A stretch of DNA of 60,772 nucleotides, from the NCBI GenBank assembly GCA_963557245.1, contig CAUWDF010000001.1, positions 1 through 60,772 of the forward strand, given 5' to 3'. The translations under genes and the position numbers were made by a program. The DNA comes from an uncultured Bulleidia sp. GTDB lineage: Bacteria > Bacillota_I > Bacilli_A > Erysipelotrichales > Erysipelotrichaceae. Each line of letters starts with the position of its first letter. The first letter of the stretch is position 1. This document shows, piece by piece, positions 14,419-23,020 of this stretch. The notes below the pieces were generated by a model. It worked only from the letters and a program-made list of their open reading frames with translations. It was not told where the DNA came from and did not search any database.

Positions 14419-15310
14419 GATTAATTTGTTCCACCAGTTCTTTCACTTCCAGATCCTCTTTATCACTTATAATGGTAAAGATAACTTTTTTTTCAAAATT
14501 CAGTTTCTTTGTCCAATATTTATATAAAAGGATCTTCCCATATAATTCTCGGATTTTTGCATCCCTATCATTTGTCTGATAACAGAGAGCGAACGCTACC
14601 TTCACTTTATAACGATCCATCATCATAATGTCGGTCTCCGAGCCAATAATGCGTTCCCATTTCGTATCTGTCAGCTTTTCCGTGATAAGTTTGCGACATC
14701 TGTCCTTTTCACGTTGGCTAAAGGAAGACTTACCACACAGTTCTCCTATCATGGCTAGTTTATGGCGCATGACATCTGCGCGGAATATATCATCTGGTGT
14801 ACGATTCGGATCTAATGACCATAAATCGATTCCATGTTTTCGTGCACATTCTAAAATCATTACTGTCACTTTTGAATCCGACCGATCCAAATAAATATAA
14901 CTCTCTAAATGAATCGGAAAATCAATTCCGAACTCTTGCGGATAGACTGGCGTTAAAAAGAATACCACATCTGTCAGATACAAACACCGCATCTGTTTTG
15001 GAATCTCACCTTTTGCGGCTTTGGCAATTGCATCCTCAAGCCTTTGCTTTGAAGAATATCCAGTCGATTCCCCATATTGCTTCCACATCTGATTCAAGGA
15101 AAGACACTTTGTAGAATCATAATGCGCATATCCCACAAGTCCTTTTTTCCTGCCCCGTATCGGACGTGAGTAAAAGAATAGAAGATCCCCTTTATGGAAA
15201 TCCGCTATTTTTCTTTTACTTGCTAAACGCCAGAAAAGGATTGTGCGATTGCGACACAATCTATGATATTCCAGCATTTCTTCATCCGTTACGTAAGCTA
15301 TTGAACTCAT
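14411..15310 (-). CDS. Hypothetical protein: N-terminal PUA/EVE-like domain, C-terminal possibly degenerate PD-(D/E)xK-like domain
   Basis: AYVTD..FW..GDLLFFY..GLVGYAHY..MWKQYG...G..CLYLTDVVFF pattern; C-terminal IRELYGKILLY. Confidence 0.55.
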   Translation of the reverse strand: MSSIAYVTDEEMLEYHRLCRNRTILFWRLASKRKIADFHKGDLLFFYSRPIRGRKKGLVGYAHYDSTKCLSLNQMWKQYGESTGYSSKQRLEDAIAKAAKGEIPKQMRCLYLTDVVFFLTPVYPQEFGIDFPIHLESYIYLDRSDSKVTVMILECARKHGIDLWSLDPNRTPDDIFRADVMRHKLAMIGELCGKSSFSQREKDRCRKLITEKLTDTKWERIIGSETDIMMMDRYKVKVAFALCYQTNDRDAKIRELYGKILLYKYWTKKLNFEKKVIFTIISDKEDLEVKELVEQINHA

Positions 15311-15319
15311 TTTCTATCC

Positions 15320-16984
15320 TTAAAATAATCCGTATGTTTCGCCGTTTTCATCTACACCCATATGGATGGCTGCAGGTTCTTTTGGAAGACCCGGCATAGT
15401 CATAATATTTCCTGTATAAGCAACTGCAAATCCTGCACCTGCAGAAATTGTCAGATCTCTTACATGAATTGTAAATCCTTCTGGACGGCCCTTGATTTTA
15501 GCATCGTCTGTAAGGGAATTTGGTGTCTTAGCCATGCAAATTGGCAAGTTGTCCCAATGATTCTTCTTAAATACTTCAATCTTTTCTTTTGCAAGATCAG
15601 AGAATTCAACTCCATCTGCACCATAAATTTCTTTGGCGATTGTATTAATCTTTTCTTCAATGGAAAGATTGACATCATATAAAGGATGGAAAGCATTTGC
15701 CTGGTCACAAGCATCTAATACGAGATTTGTAAGATTCTTCATACCAGCGCCACCATTTGCCCATCCATCGGCCAGAGCGACTGGATGACCAGCTTCTTTA
15801 CACCAATTCATTAAAGCATCTACTTCCGCTGGCGTATCCGTTGCGAACTTATTAATTGCAATGACATATGGAAGTCCAAACTTTTGAATAGATTCTACAT
15901 GTCTCTGTAAGTTTGCTGCACCCTTTAATAATGCTTCTACATTTTCTTCCCCGAGATTTTCTTCTACACCACCATGCATCTTTAAGGCACGGATTGTGGC
16001 AACGATAACAACAGCATTTGGATGTAATCCTGCTGCACGACACTTAATATCCAAGAATTTTTCAGCACCTAAATCAGCACCAAATCCTGCTTCTGTCACA
16101 ACATACTCAGACAACTTCAACGCAGTCTTTGTAGCAATTACTGAGTTACAGCCATGCGCAATATTTGCGAATGGTCCACCATGGATAAAGACTGGAGTAT
16201 GTTCCAGTGTCTGTACGAGGTTTGGCTTTAAAGCCTCCTTCATTAAGACTGTAGCCGCTCCATCTGCCTGAATATCCTTTACTGTAACTGGCTTATCGTC
16301 ATATGTATAAGCTACGACACACTTGCCGATTCTTTCATGGAAGTCTTTTAAATCATCCGAAAGACAAAGAATCGCCATAACTTCTGTTGCAACTGTAATA
16401 ACAAATCCATCTTTTCTTTCGACACCATTTGTCTTCTTATCCTGTGCAATTGTAATGGAACGAAGAGTACGGTCATTCATATCCATACATCTCTTCCATA
16501 CAACCTTTTCTGGATCAATATTTAATGGATTTCCCTGATAAATCGAATTATCTAGAATCGCTGCAATCAGATTATTTACGGAAGTGATTGCATGCATATC
16601 CCCTGTAAAATGAAGATTGATTGATTCCATTGGGATGACCTGAGCATAGCCACCGCCAGTAGCGCCACCTTTCAGACCAAATACAGGTCCAAGAGATGGT
16701 TCGCGAAGACATGCCATAACTTTCTTACCTGCTCTTGCAAGTCCATCCGCAAGACCAATTGTAGTTGTTGATTTACCTTCACCTGCTTTTGTTGGATTGA
16801 TTGCTGTAACAAGGATCAATTTGCCATCTTCTTTATCCTTTAAAGAACGATATAATTCTGGGCTAACTTTTGCTTTATCATTTCCATACATTTCAAGATA
16901 AGATTCCGCAATTCCTGCACGTTCGGCAATCTTGCGAATATCTTCCATTTTTGCATCCTGAGCAATTTTGAGGTCTGTGTTCAT
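15320..16984 (-). CDS. fhs: Formate--tetrahydrofolate ligase
   Basis: TKAGEGKSTT, GLKGGATGGG, HGGPFANIAHGCNS, TMPGLP. Confidence 0.99.
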   Translation of the reverse strand: MNTDLKIAQDAKMEDIRKIAERAGIAESYLEMYGNDKAKVSPELYRSLKDKEDGKLILVTAINPTKAGEGKSTTTIGLADGLARAGKKVMACLREPSLGPVFGLKGGATGGGYAQVIPMESINLHFTGDMHAITSVNNLIAAILDNSIYQGNPLNIDPEKVVWKRCMDMNDRTLRSITIAQDKKTNGVERKDGFVITVATEVMAILCLSDDLKDFHERIGKCVVAYTYDDKPVTVKDIQADGAATVLMKEALKPNLVQTLEHTPVFIHGGPFANIAHGCNSVIATKTALKLSEYVVTEAGFGADLGAEKFLDIKCRAAGLHPNAVVIVATIRALKMHGGVEENLGEENVEALLKGAANLQRHVESIQKFGLPYVIAINKFATDTPAEVDALMNWCKEAGHPVALADGWANGGAGMKNLTNLVLDACDQANAFHPLYDVNLSIEEKINTIAKEIYGADGVEFSDLAKEKIEVFKKNHWDNLPICMAKTPNSLTDDAKIKGRPEGFTIHVRDLTISAGAGFAVAYTGNIMTMPGLPKEPAAIHMGVDENGETYGLF

Positions 16985-16999
16985 TTTACATTTCCTTTC

Positions 17000-17596
17000 T
17001 TATTTCATTTTGCGACGATCTGCTAATGCATGTGCTAATGTCATATCGTCTGCGTAATCTAATAATCCTCCAGATGGAAGACCATGAGCAATTCTAGTTA
17101 CTAATACATCAGGATTCTTTTCCTGAATCAATTTATCCAAATACATCGCTGTTGTTTCACCATCCATCGTTGTACTTGTCGCAAGAATAATTTCTTTAGC
17201 ATCTTCAGAGCGTTCTAATAAGCTATCCACGTTCAAATCTTCTGGCATAATACCTTTAGATGGGGAAATCAGACCATTTAGTACATGATAGACTCCTCGG
17301 TATTCACCTGTACGTTCCATAGCTGATACATCTTTTGCTGACTGTACAACAAAGATTGTATGATGGTCGCGACTCGTATCCGCACATACTTCACAAGTAT
17401 CATGATCGGATAGATTTCCGCATACCTTACAACGTGTCAGTTTTGTTTTTACATTAACGATAGCTTTGACGAACTCTTCGCAACGGCTCGCATCCATATC
17501 TGCAATTGCCAATGCATAGCGTTCCGCCGTCTTTTCGCCTACTCCTGGGAGTTCACGAAACTGTTCAATTAAATTTCTAAGACTCTGTGGGTACAT
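17000..17596 (-). CDS. recR: Recombination mediator RecR
   Basis: LPGVGEKTAER, C4 zinc finger, YHVLNGLISP. Confidence 0.98.
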   Translation of the reverse strand: MYPQSLRNLIEQFRELPGVGEKTAERYALAIADMDASRCEEFVKAIVNVKTKLTRCKVCGNLSDHDTCEVCADTSRDHHTIFVVQSAKDVSAMERTGEYRGVYHVLNGLISPSKGIMPEDLNVDSLLERSEDAKEIILATSTTMDGETTAMYLDKLIQEKNPDVLVTRIAHGLPSGGLLDYADDMTLAHALADRRKMK

Positions 17597-17598
17597 TC

Positions 17599-17892
17599 TT
17601 ACATCCCCGGCAGAGCCATATTCTGTGTTGCTTCATCGAGACGCTGTTCACGATCCTGTGCAGCCTTAGATGTCGCATCATTGAATGCAATCATGATCAC
17701 ATCCTGTAACATCTCACGATCCGTTAACATATCTTCTGGAATCTCGACAAGAAGACATTCACTTTTACCATTTACTTTAATTGTTACACCATTCGATGTA
17801 CCAGTATATTCTGTTTCGTCTAATTCCTGGCCAATATTACTTAAGTTCTGCTGCATCTTCTGTGCATCACGCATTAATTTCTGTAAATCCAT
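17599..17892 (-). CDS. ybaB: YbaB/EbfC nucleoid-associated protein
   Basis: MRDAQKMQQ...DREMLQDVI; located between dnaX and recR. Confidence 0.93.
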   Translation of the reverse strand: MDLQKLMRDAQKMQQNLSNIGQELDETEYTGTSNGVTIKVNGKSECLLVEIPEDMLTDREMLQDVIMIAFNDATSKAAQDREQRLDEATQNMALPGM

Positions 17893-17902
17893 GTTTTATC
17901 TC

Positions 17903-19648
17903 CTATTGTATTTCTACATTCTCTTTCCCAAAAAAATTCAATACTTTTTCTTCTGGAGTTTCTTCATTGATATGTTCTGGAATATACTTTTCAATCACTT
18001 TTTTTGCTGGTAATGTCCCATTCAACATTCTTTCACGGAACTTTTCACGTGCTTTTGTAAATGCATCACTCTGAATAGCACATACGACTTTATCGGTACT
18101 CATATCATTCTTCAAAAAGAAGTAGAGTTCACGATTCATTTCCACAGCGTTGATACGATTGACAACTGCCTGTTGTTTACATTTCAACAAGATAATATCC
18201 TTACCACTTGCAGCAATCTCAGACATATCTAATAGATTGATATACTTCCGATTTTCTATCGTACTGTGACTCTTTAACATAGCAAAGGTATTTTCATCGC
18301 TTACTTTACTCTGTTTATCACATACAACTAAGATAGAAAGAATATTTTCTTCGTCTAATTCAATCTTTTCTTCCTTCTCAATTGGTACTGGTTCTTCTAT
18401 CTTTTCCTCTTGTGTCGGAACCGGTAGTGCAGATGACGTTTCTACAACTGGTTTCGATTCCATATACGCTGGAACAGAAACAGGATTTGAAGTATGGGTA
18501 ATAGACACTGTTTCTTTGTCTGTGTTCTGTGATTCTGTAACCTTCGGTGCTACCATCACTGGAACTGCATGGAAGTCTTTCGTTGCTAAGTGCAAGCATA
18601 CAACCTCAAAAGTCATTGCAGTACTCTGCGATACACGATACTTTCCCTTTGCGTCAATCAACTTTTCTGCAATCTGCATACATGTCTCTTCATCCGCAAG
18701 AGATAAGATTTCTCGTGCATTTTCTTTTGTAATCAGTTTGAGTAAGTTTTCCTTTTCGGTATTCTTATAAATAACAGTTTCTTTCAAAATATTGATCATA
18801 CCATCGGTGAAACGCATTAAATCAATACCTCGTTCTTCATAATCTTGAATACGTTGAATCAAAGATTCAATATTATGTTGGAGGATATCTTTTATTAAAT
18901 GAACCTTTTCTTCCGCTGTTGTAAGACCATAGATGCGATCGATTGCTTCTGTTGTAATACAATCACTCGTATAAGAAGCACATTGATCCATGATAGATAA
19001 TGCATCACGCATTCCTCCATCTGCCAATTCTGCAATCATCAATGCAGCTTCTGATTCCATTTGGATATTTTCTTTTTGAGCAATATCTAATAAATGGTTC
19101 TGAATCTGATCTTTTTTAACTTTTGTAAAGTCAAAACGCTGACAACGCGAAATAATAGTAGGCAATAACTTCTGTGGATCCGTTGTTGCAAGAATAAAGA
19201 TTACATTTTCTGGTGGTTCTTCCAATGTTTTTAATAAAGCGCTGGAAGCAGCGGATGAAAGCTGATGCACCTCGTCAATAATATATACTTTGTGTTTTCC
19301 CTGCATTGGTGCCAGGCTGGAACGTTCAATCAGTTCCCGAATATCTTCTACATGCGTCTCGTTTGCCGCATTAATTTCGATAATATCTGGATGTGTCCCC
19401 TCTGTTGCAGCTATACAGTTCTGACATACACCACATGGTGCTTCTGCTGGATTTTCGCAATTCACAGCTTTTGCGAGTAATCTTGCCATGGTTGTCTTAC
19501 CTGTTCCACGTGGACCGCAGAACAAATAAGCATGTCCAACTTTATTTTCATGTACTGCATTCATAATGGAACGCACAACATATTCCTGTCCAACAACCTC
19601 ATTAAAGGTCTGGGATCTATATTTCTGGTATAATGCAAGTTTTGCCAT
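17903..19648 (-). CDS. dnaX: DNA polymerase III gamma/tau subunit
   Basis: LYQKYRS, GPRGTGKTT, IIDEVH, ISRCQ. Confidence 0.98.
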   Translation of the reverse strand: MAKLALYQKYRSQTFNEVVGQEYVVRSIMNAVHENKVGHAYLFCGPRGTGKTTMARLLAKAVNCENPAEAPCGVCQNCIAATEGTHPDIIEINAANETHVEDIRELIERSSLAPMQGKHKVYIIDEVHQLSSAASSALLKTLEEPPENVIFILATTDPQKLLPTIISRCQRFDFTKVKKDQIQNHLLDIAQKENIQMESEAALMIAELADGGMRDALSIMDQCASYTSDCITTEAIDRIYGLTTAEEKVHLIKDILQHNIESLIQRIQDYEERGIDLMRFTDGMINILKETVIYKNTEKENLLKLITKENAREILSLADEETCMQIAEKLIDAKGKYRVSQSTAMTFEVVCLHLATKDFHAVPVMVAPKVTESQNTDKETVSITHTSNPVSVPAYMESKPVVETSSALPVPTQEEKIEEPVPIEKEEKIELDEENILSILVVCDKQSKVSDENTFAMLKSHSTIENRKYINLLDMSEIAASGKDIILLKCKQQAVVNRINAVEMNRELYFFLKNDMSTDKVVCAIQSDAFTKAREKFRERMLNGTLPAKKVIEKYIPEHINEETPEEKVLNFFGKENVEIQ

Positions 19649-19801
19649 TCGATACTCCTATGCATAATATTATACACGTAAAATCAAACTTTCTTATGTA
19701 TGCATATTGCTTTTTTCAAGGGATTTATACCTTTCTTCCATTTCATTTTAAATTCTATTTATTTTTCTAAAAATGAATCAAAAAAGCAGAGATTATTTTT
19801 A

Positions 19802-20305
19802 TTAATCCCTGCTTTCTTTTTCTTTTATTGCTTGCCGGATAGCTTTTTTATATTCTCTTTTTTCTTTAAAGAATTGTTTTAATATATGCGAACAGTCTTC
19901 CTGAAGAATATCTGCATATATTTCTCTTGGATAGATGCTTAAACGCGGAATCGAACGTACTTGAATCAAGCTTTCAATTGTTCCACCCTTCGGATCCGTC
20001 GTTCCATAATAAAGACGACGAATACGTGCATGTTGCATCGCACCTGTACACATCATGCAAGGTTCTAATGTGACATATAGATCGCATTCTTGTAAGCACC
20101 ATGTGCCTAATACTTTTGATGCTTGATTAATTGCAAGCATTTCTGCATGAGAAGATGCAAGTTGATGATGTTCCTTCATATTATGTGCACGCGCTATAAT
20201 TTCACCATCTTTTACAATCACAGCACCAATCGGCACTTCATCCAATTGATATGCTATTTCTGCTTCGTTTAATGCTTCACGCATATAATCTTCTGGTAAT
20301 TGCAT
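19802..20305 (-). CDS. tadA: tRNA adenosine(34) deaminase
   Basis: EVPIGAVIV, HAE, TLEPCMMC. Confidence 0.93.
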   Translation of the reverse strand: MQLPEDYMREALNEAEIAYQLDEVPIGAVIVKDGEIIARAHNMKEHHQLASSHAEMLAINQASKVLGTWCLQECDLYVTLEPCMMCTGAMQHARIRRLYYGTTDPKGGTIESLIQVRSIPRLSIYPREIYADILQEDCSHILKQFFKEKREYKKAIRQAIKEKESRD

Positions 20306-20331
20306 TTTTTCTACCCTCAGATATAAAAAAA

Positions 20332-20410
20332 GTGGCACACGCGAATGGAGGTTCGTATGGCTGCTACCTTCCGGTCCTGACCAGGTTAGAACATATTTGC
20401 TGTGCCGTCT
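20332..20410 (-). ncRNA. ffs: Signal recognition particle RNA, short 4.5S type (about 80 nt)
   Basis: Minus strand contains GTCAGGACCGGAAGGTAGCAGC (SRP domain IV), closed by a GGCACA/TGTGCC stem and followed by a U tract. Confidence 0.93.
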
Positions 20411-20413
20411 TCT

Positions 20414-20442
20414 ATTATACCTGAGTTTCTATTTCTTCTCAA
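20414..20442 (-). promoter_or_regulatory. Sigma-A promoter of ffs
   Basis: TTGAGA-17 bp-TATAAT on the minus strand. Confidence 0.85.
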
Positions 20443-20471
20443 CTCTTATTTCACTTTGATTTTATTTTAAT

Positions 20472-20487
20472 TGTTTCACGTGAAACA
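20472..20487. promoter_or_regulatory. parS centromere-like site
   Basis: Perfect TGTTTCACGTGAAACA; the palindrome extends over 20470..20489. Confidence 0.93.
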
Positions 20488-20488
20488 A

Positions 20489-21286
20489 TCAGCGAATACG
20501 TCTTGGATAACGATGTTCAAATTCACGAACCACTCCCGTAAGATGTGCATCCAAAAAATCAAAAGCACGGTTCTCTAGTTCTTGTGGAATATCTTCATAC
20601 GCCGCCGCAATACCACCTGCAATATTTGCAATCGTATCACTATCCCCTCCAATCGAGATCGCACAACGAATAACCTGTTCGAAGTTCGTTCCTTCTATAA
20701 ATGCTTCTAAAGCTTCTGGAACAGATCCATCACACGAAACATCAAACGTATATGTATGACGAATTTCATCTAATGTAAAGGAAGGATTTAAATCATGCAT
20801 TTTCCAAAATTCACGTAATTCTTCTTTTGAATTGCCATGTCTAGCCAAAAATATTGTTCCTGCTATTGCTTTTGCAGAATTAATTGCATCTGGATGGTTA
20901 TGCGTAACTTCAGTCACTTTTTCAGCCATCCATAATGCATCTTGTAAAGTATCTGCTGCATATCCACAAGGAGATACTCGCATTGCCGCACCATTTCCAT
21001 AACTATTATAAGGCTCATGTTGCGGAGAAAATAACCAATCAAAGAATTTTCCGCCATACCCTGCATTTGGATACATTTTTCCATATTCAACCATAGAATG
21101 TACAGCGTAACGGCCTAAGTCTCCCCCACTCGTTTTATAATGCATTACAGCTTCAGCAATCGCACACGTCATGATGGTATCATCCGTAAAAGTACAGTTA
21201 TCTGACATCATAACAAAGTCCTTCGAACGCTGATTATGAAACTCATAAATAGAACCAGCAATATCACCTATAATTGCACCTAACAT
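20489..21286 (-). CDS. ADP-ribosylglycohydrolase (DraG/ARH family)
   Basis: GAIIGDIAGS, FTDDT, SYGNGAAMR, GGDSDT. Confidence 0.93.
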   Translation of the reverse strand: MLGAIIGDIAGSIYEFHNQRSKDFVMMSDNCTFTDDTIMTCAIAEAVMHYKTSGGDLGRYAVHSMVEYGKMYPNAGYGGKFFDWLFSPQHEPYNSYGNGAAMRVSPCGYAADTLQDALWMAEKVTEVTHNHPDAINSAKAIAGTIFLARHGNSKEELREFWKMHDLNPSFTLDEIRHTYTFDVSCDGSVPEALEAFIEGTNFEQVIRCAISIGGDSDTIANIAGGIAAAYEDIPQELENRAFDFLDAHLTGVVREFEHRYPRRIR

Positions 21287-21307
21287 AACATATACCTTCT
21301 TTCTACG

Positions 21308-21340
21308 AAAAAATGGTATGAGTTTTATCTCATACCATTT
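21308..21340 (-). terminator. serS terminator
   Basis: AAATGGTATGAG/CTCATACCATTT stem plus A tract. Confidence 0.85.
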
Positions 21341-21343
21341 ATT

Positions 21344-22645
21344 TTAGAACTTCTTTTTCTTTTCTGGAACAGCAATTTTATCCTGACCACCCATATAAGG
21401 TCTTAGTGGTTCTGGAATACGAATCGATCCATCTTCGTTAAGATTATTTTCAATGAAGGAAATTAACATTCTTGGTGGCGCAACAACCGTATTATTCAGT
21501 GTATGAGCAAAATAGTTGCCCTTTTCTCCTTTTACACGAATACCTAATCTTCTTGCCTGTGCATCGCCTAAGTTAGAACAAGAACCAACTTCGAAATACT
21601 TCTTCTGACGTGGAGACCAAGCTTCGACATCGCAGCTCTTTACCTTAAGATCAGCTAAGTCACCAGAACAACATTCAATTGTACGTACTGGAATATCAAG
21701 GGAACGGAAGAAATCTACAGAGTTCTGCCATAACTTGTTGTACCAATCCATAGAATCTTCTGGTTCACATACAACGACCATTTCTTGTTTTTCGAACTGA
21801 TGTACACGGTAAAGACCTCTTTCTTCGATACCATGTGCACCTACTTCTTTACGGAAACATGGAGAGTAAGATGTTAATGCATATGGAAGATCTTCCTTAC
21901 GGAGAATCTGATTAATGAATCGTCCAACCATAGAATGTTCGGATGTTCCAATCAAATAAAGATCTTCTCCTTCAATCTTATACATCATATTCTGCATTTC
22001 TGCGAAAGACATAACACCATTTACAACATCACCATGAATCATGAATGGTGGAATAAAATAAGTAAATCCACGATTAATCATGAAATCTCTTGCATATGCA
22101 AGAATAGAAGAATGTAAACGCGCAATGTTACCCTTTAAATAGTAGAAACCATTACCAGATGTTCTACCTGCAGAATCAATATCAAGACCATCTACCTTTT
22201 CAAGAATATCTGTGTGATAAGGAATTTCAAAATCAGGAACAAATGGTTCACCAAATCTTTCGATTTCTACATTCTCACTGTCATCTTTACCAATTGGAAC
22301 AGATGGATCAATGATATTTGGAATGACATACATTCTCTGTTTAATTTCTTCATTGAGTTCGGCCTCTCTCTTTTCAAGTCTTTCCATCTCATCGCCCATA
22401 GCTTTTACTTCTGCTTTGACTGCTTCCGCTTCTTCCTTCTTGCCATCGCGCATGAGTCCGCCGATTTCTTTCGACTTCTTATTGCGTTCCGCACGTAAAG
22501 CATCGCCCTTCTGCTTTACTTCACGAACTTCCTTATCAAATGCTGCAACTTCATCAACTAAAGGAAGTTTTTCATCCTGAAACTTCTTACGAATGTTTTC
22601 TTTGACAAGTTCTGGATTTTCTCTAATCAGTTTGATATCAATCAT
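21344..22645 (-). CDS. serS: Serine--tRNA ligase
   Basis: N-terminal coiled coil, LIGTSE, FRKEVG, RVHQFEKQE, HTLNNT. Confidence 0.98.
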   Translation of the reverse strand: MIDIKLIRENPELVKENIRKKFQDEKLPLVDEVAAFDKEVREVKQKGDALRAERNKKSKEIGGLMRDGKKEEAEAVKAEVKAMGDEMERLEKREAELNEEIKQRMYVIPNIIDPSVPIGKDDSENVEIERFGEPFVPDFEIPYHTDILEKVDGLDIDSAGRTSGNGFYYLKGNIARLHSSILAYARDFMINRGFTYFIPPFMIHGDVVNGVMSFAEMQNMMYKIEGEDLYLIGTSEHSMVGRFINQILRKEDLPYALTSYSPCFRKEVGAHGIEERGLYRVHQFEKQEMVVVCEPEDSMDWYNKLWQNSVDFFRSLDIPVRTIECCSGDLADLKVKSCDVEAWSPRQKKYFEVGSCSNLGDAQARRLGIRVKGEKGNYFAHTLNNTVVAPPRMLISFIENNLNEDGSIRIPEPLRPYMGGQDKIAVPEKKKKF

Positions 22646-22661
22646 TTTAATCTCCTTTCAA

Positions 22662-22885
22662 ATAAAAAAACATCATCCAACAAAGGGACGATGTCATCGC
22701 GGTGCCACCCTTTTTGTTAAATTGTTTCACGTGAAACAATTTAGCCACTTCATTAACGGATAACGGGCGGTGCCGGAAAGTATTAATTTCACTCACGGGT
22801 GGATTCACAAGACTCGCATCGGTTCACATCCTCCACCGATTTTCTGAGGCTGCGAAATACTTGTTACTAGTCCCCTTCTACGCTT
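22662..22885 (-). ncRNA. T-box riboswitch of serS with Ser (UCC) specifier
   Basis: Minus strand: AGTA box, GAA-UCC-A specifier (22801-22803), CCGTTA, AAGGGTGGCACCGCG T-box, terminator CATCGTCC...GGATGATG-T7. Confidence 0.93.
22723..22738. promoter_or_regulatory. parS site embedded in the serS T-box leader
   Basis: Perfect TGTTTCACGTGAAACA inside a perfect 26-bp palindrome (22718..22743). Confidence 0.92.
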
Positions 22886-22892
22886 TAAAACC

Positions 22893-22921
22893 ATTAAAAC
22901 ATTGCAATTTCAATTTGTCAA
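22893..22921 (-). promoter_or_regulatory. Sigma-A promoter of serS
   Basis: TTGACA-17 bp-TTTAAT with an extended TG. Confidence 0.8.
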
Positions 22922-22983
22922 TACGAGAAAATGAGCACGAGAAATGAACAACGATTTCTTATTTTTTACTACAGATAGGAACT

Positions 22984-23016
22984 AAAAAAAGGAATCTATC
23001 ATTCATAGATTCCTTT
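22984..23016 (-). terminator. gyrA terminator
   Basis: AAAGGAATCTAT/ATAGATTCCTTT stem with A tract. Confidence 0.85.
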
Positions 23017-23020
23017 GTGA

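Noticed and set aside
19502-19517. parS-like TGTTCCACGTGGACCG in dnaX
   Set aside because: Two mismatches in one arm; explained by the codons of the Walker A GPRGTG.
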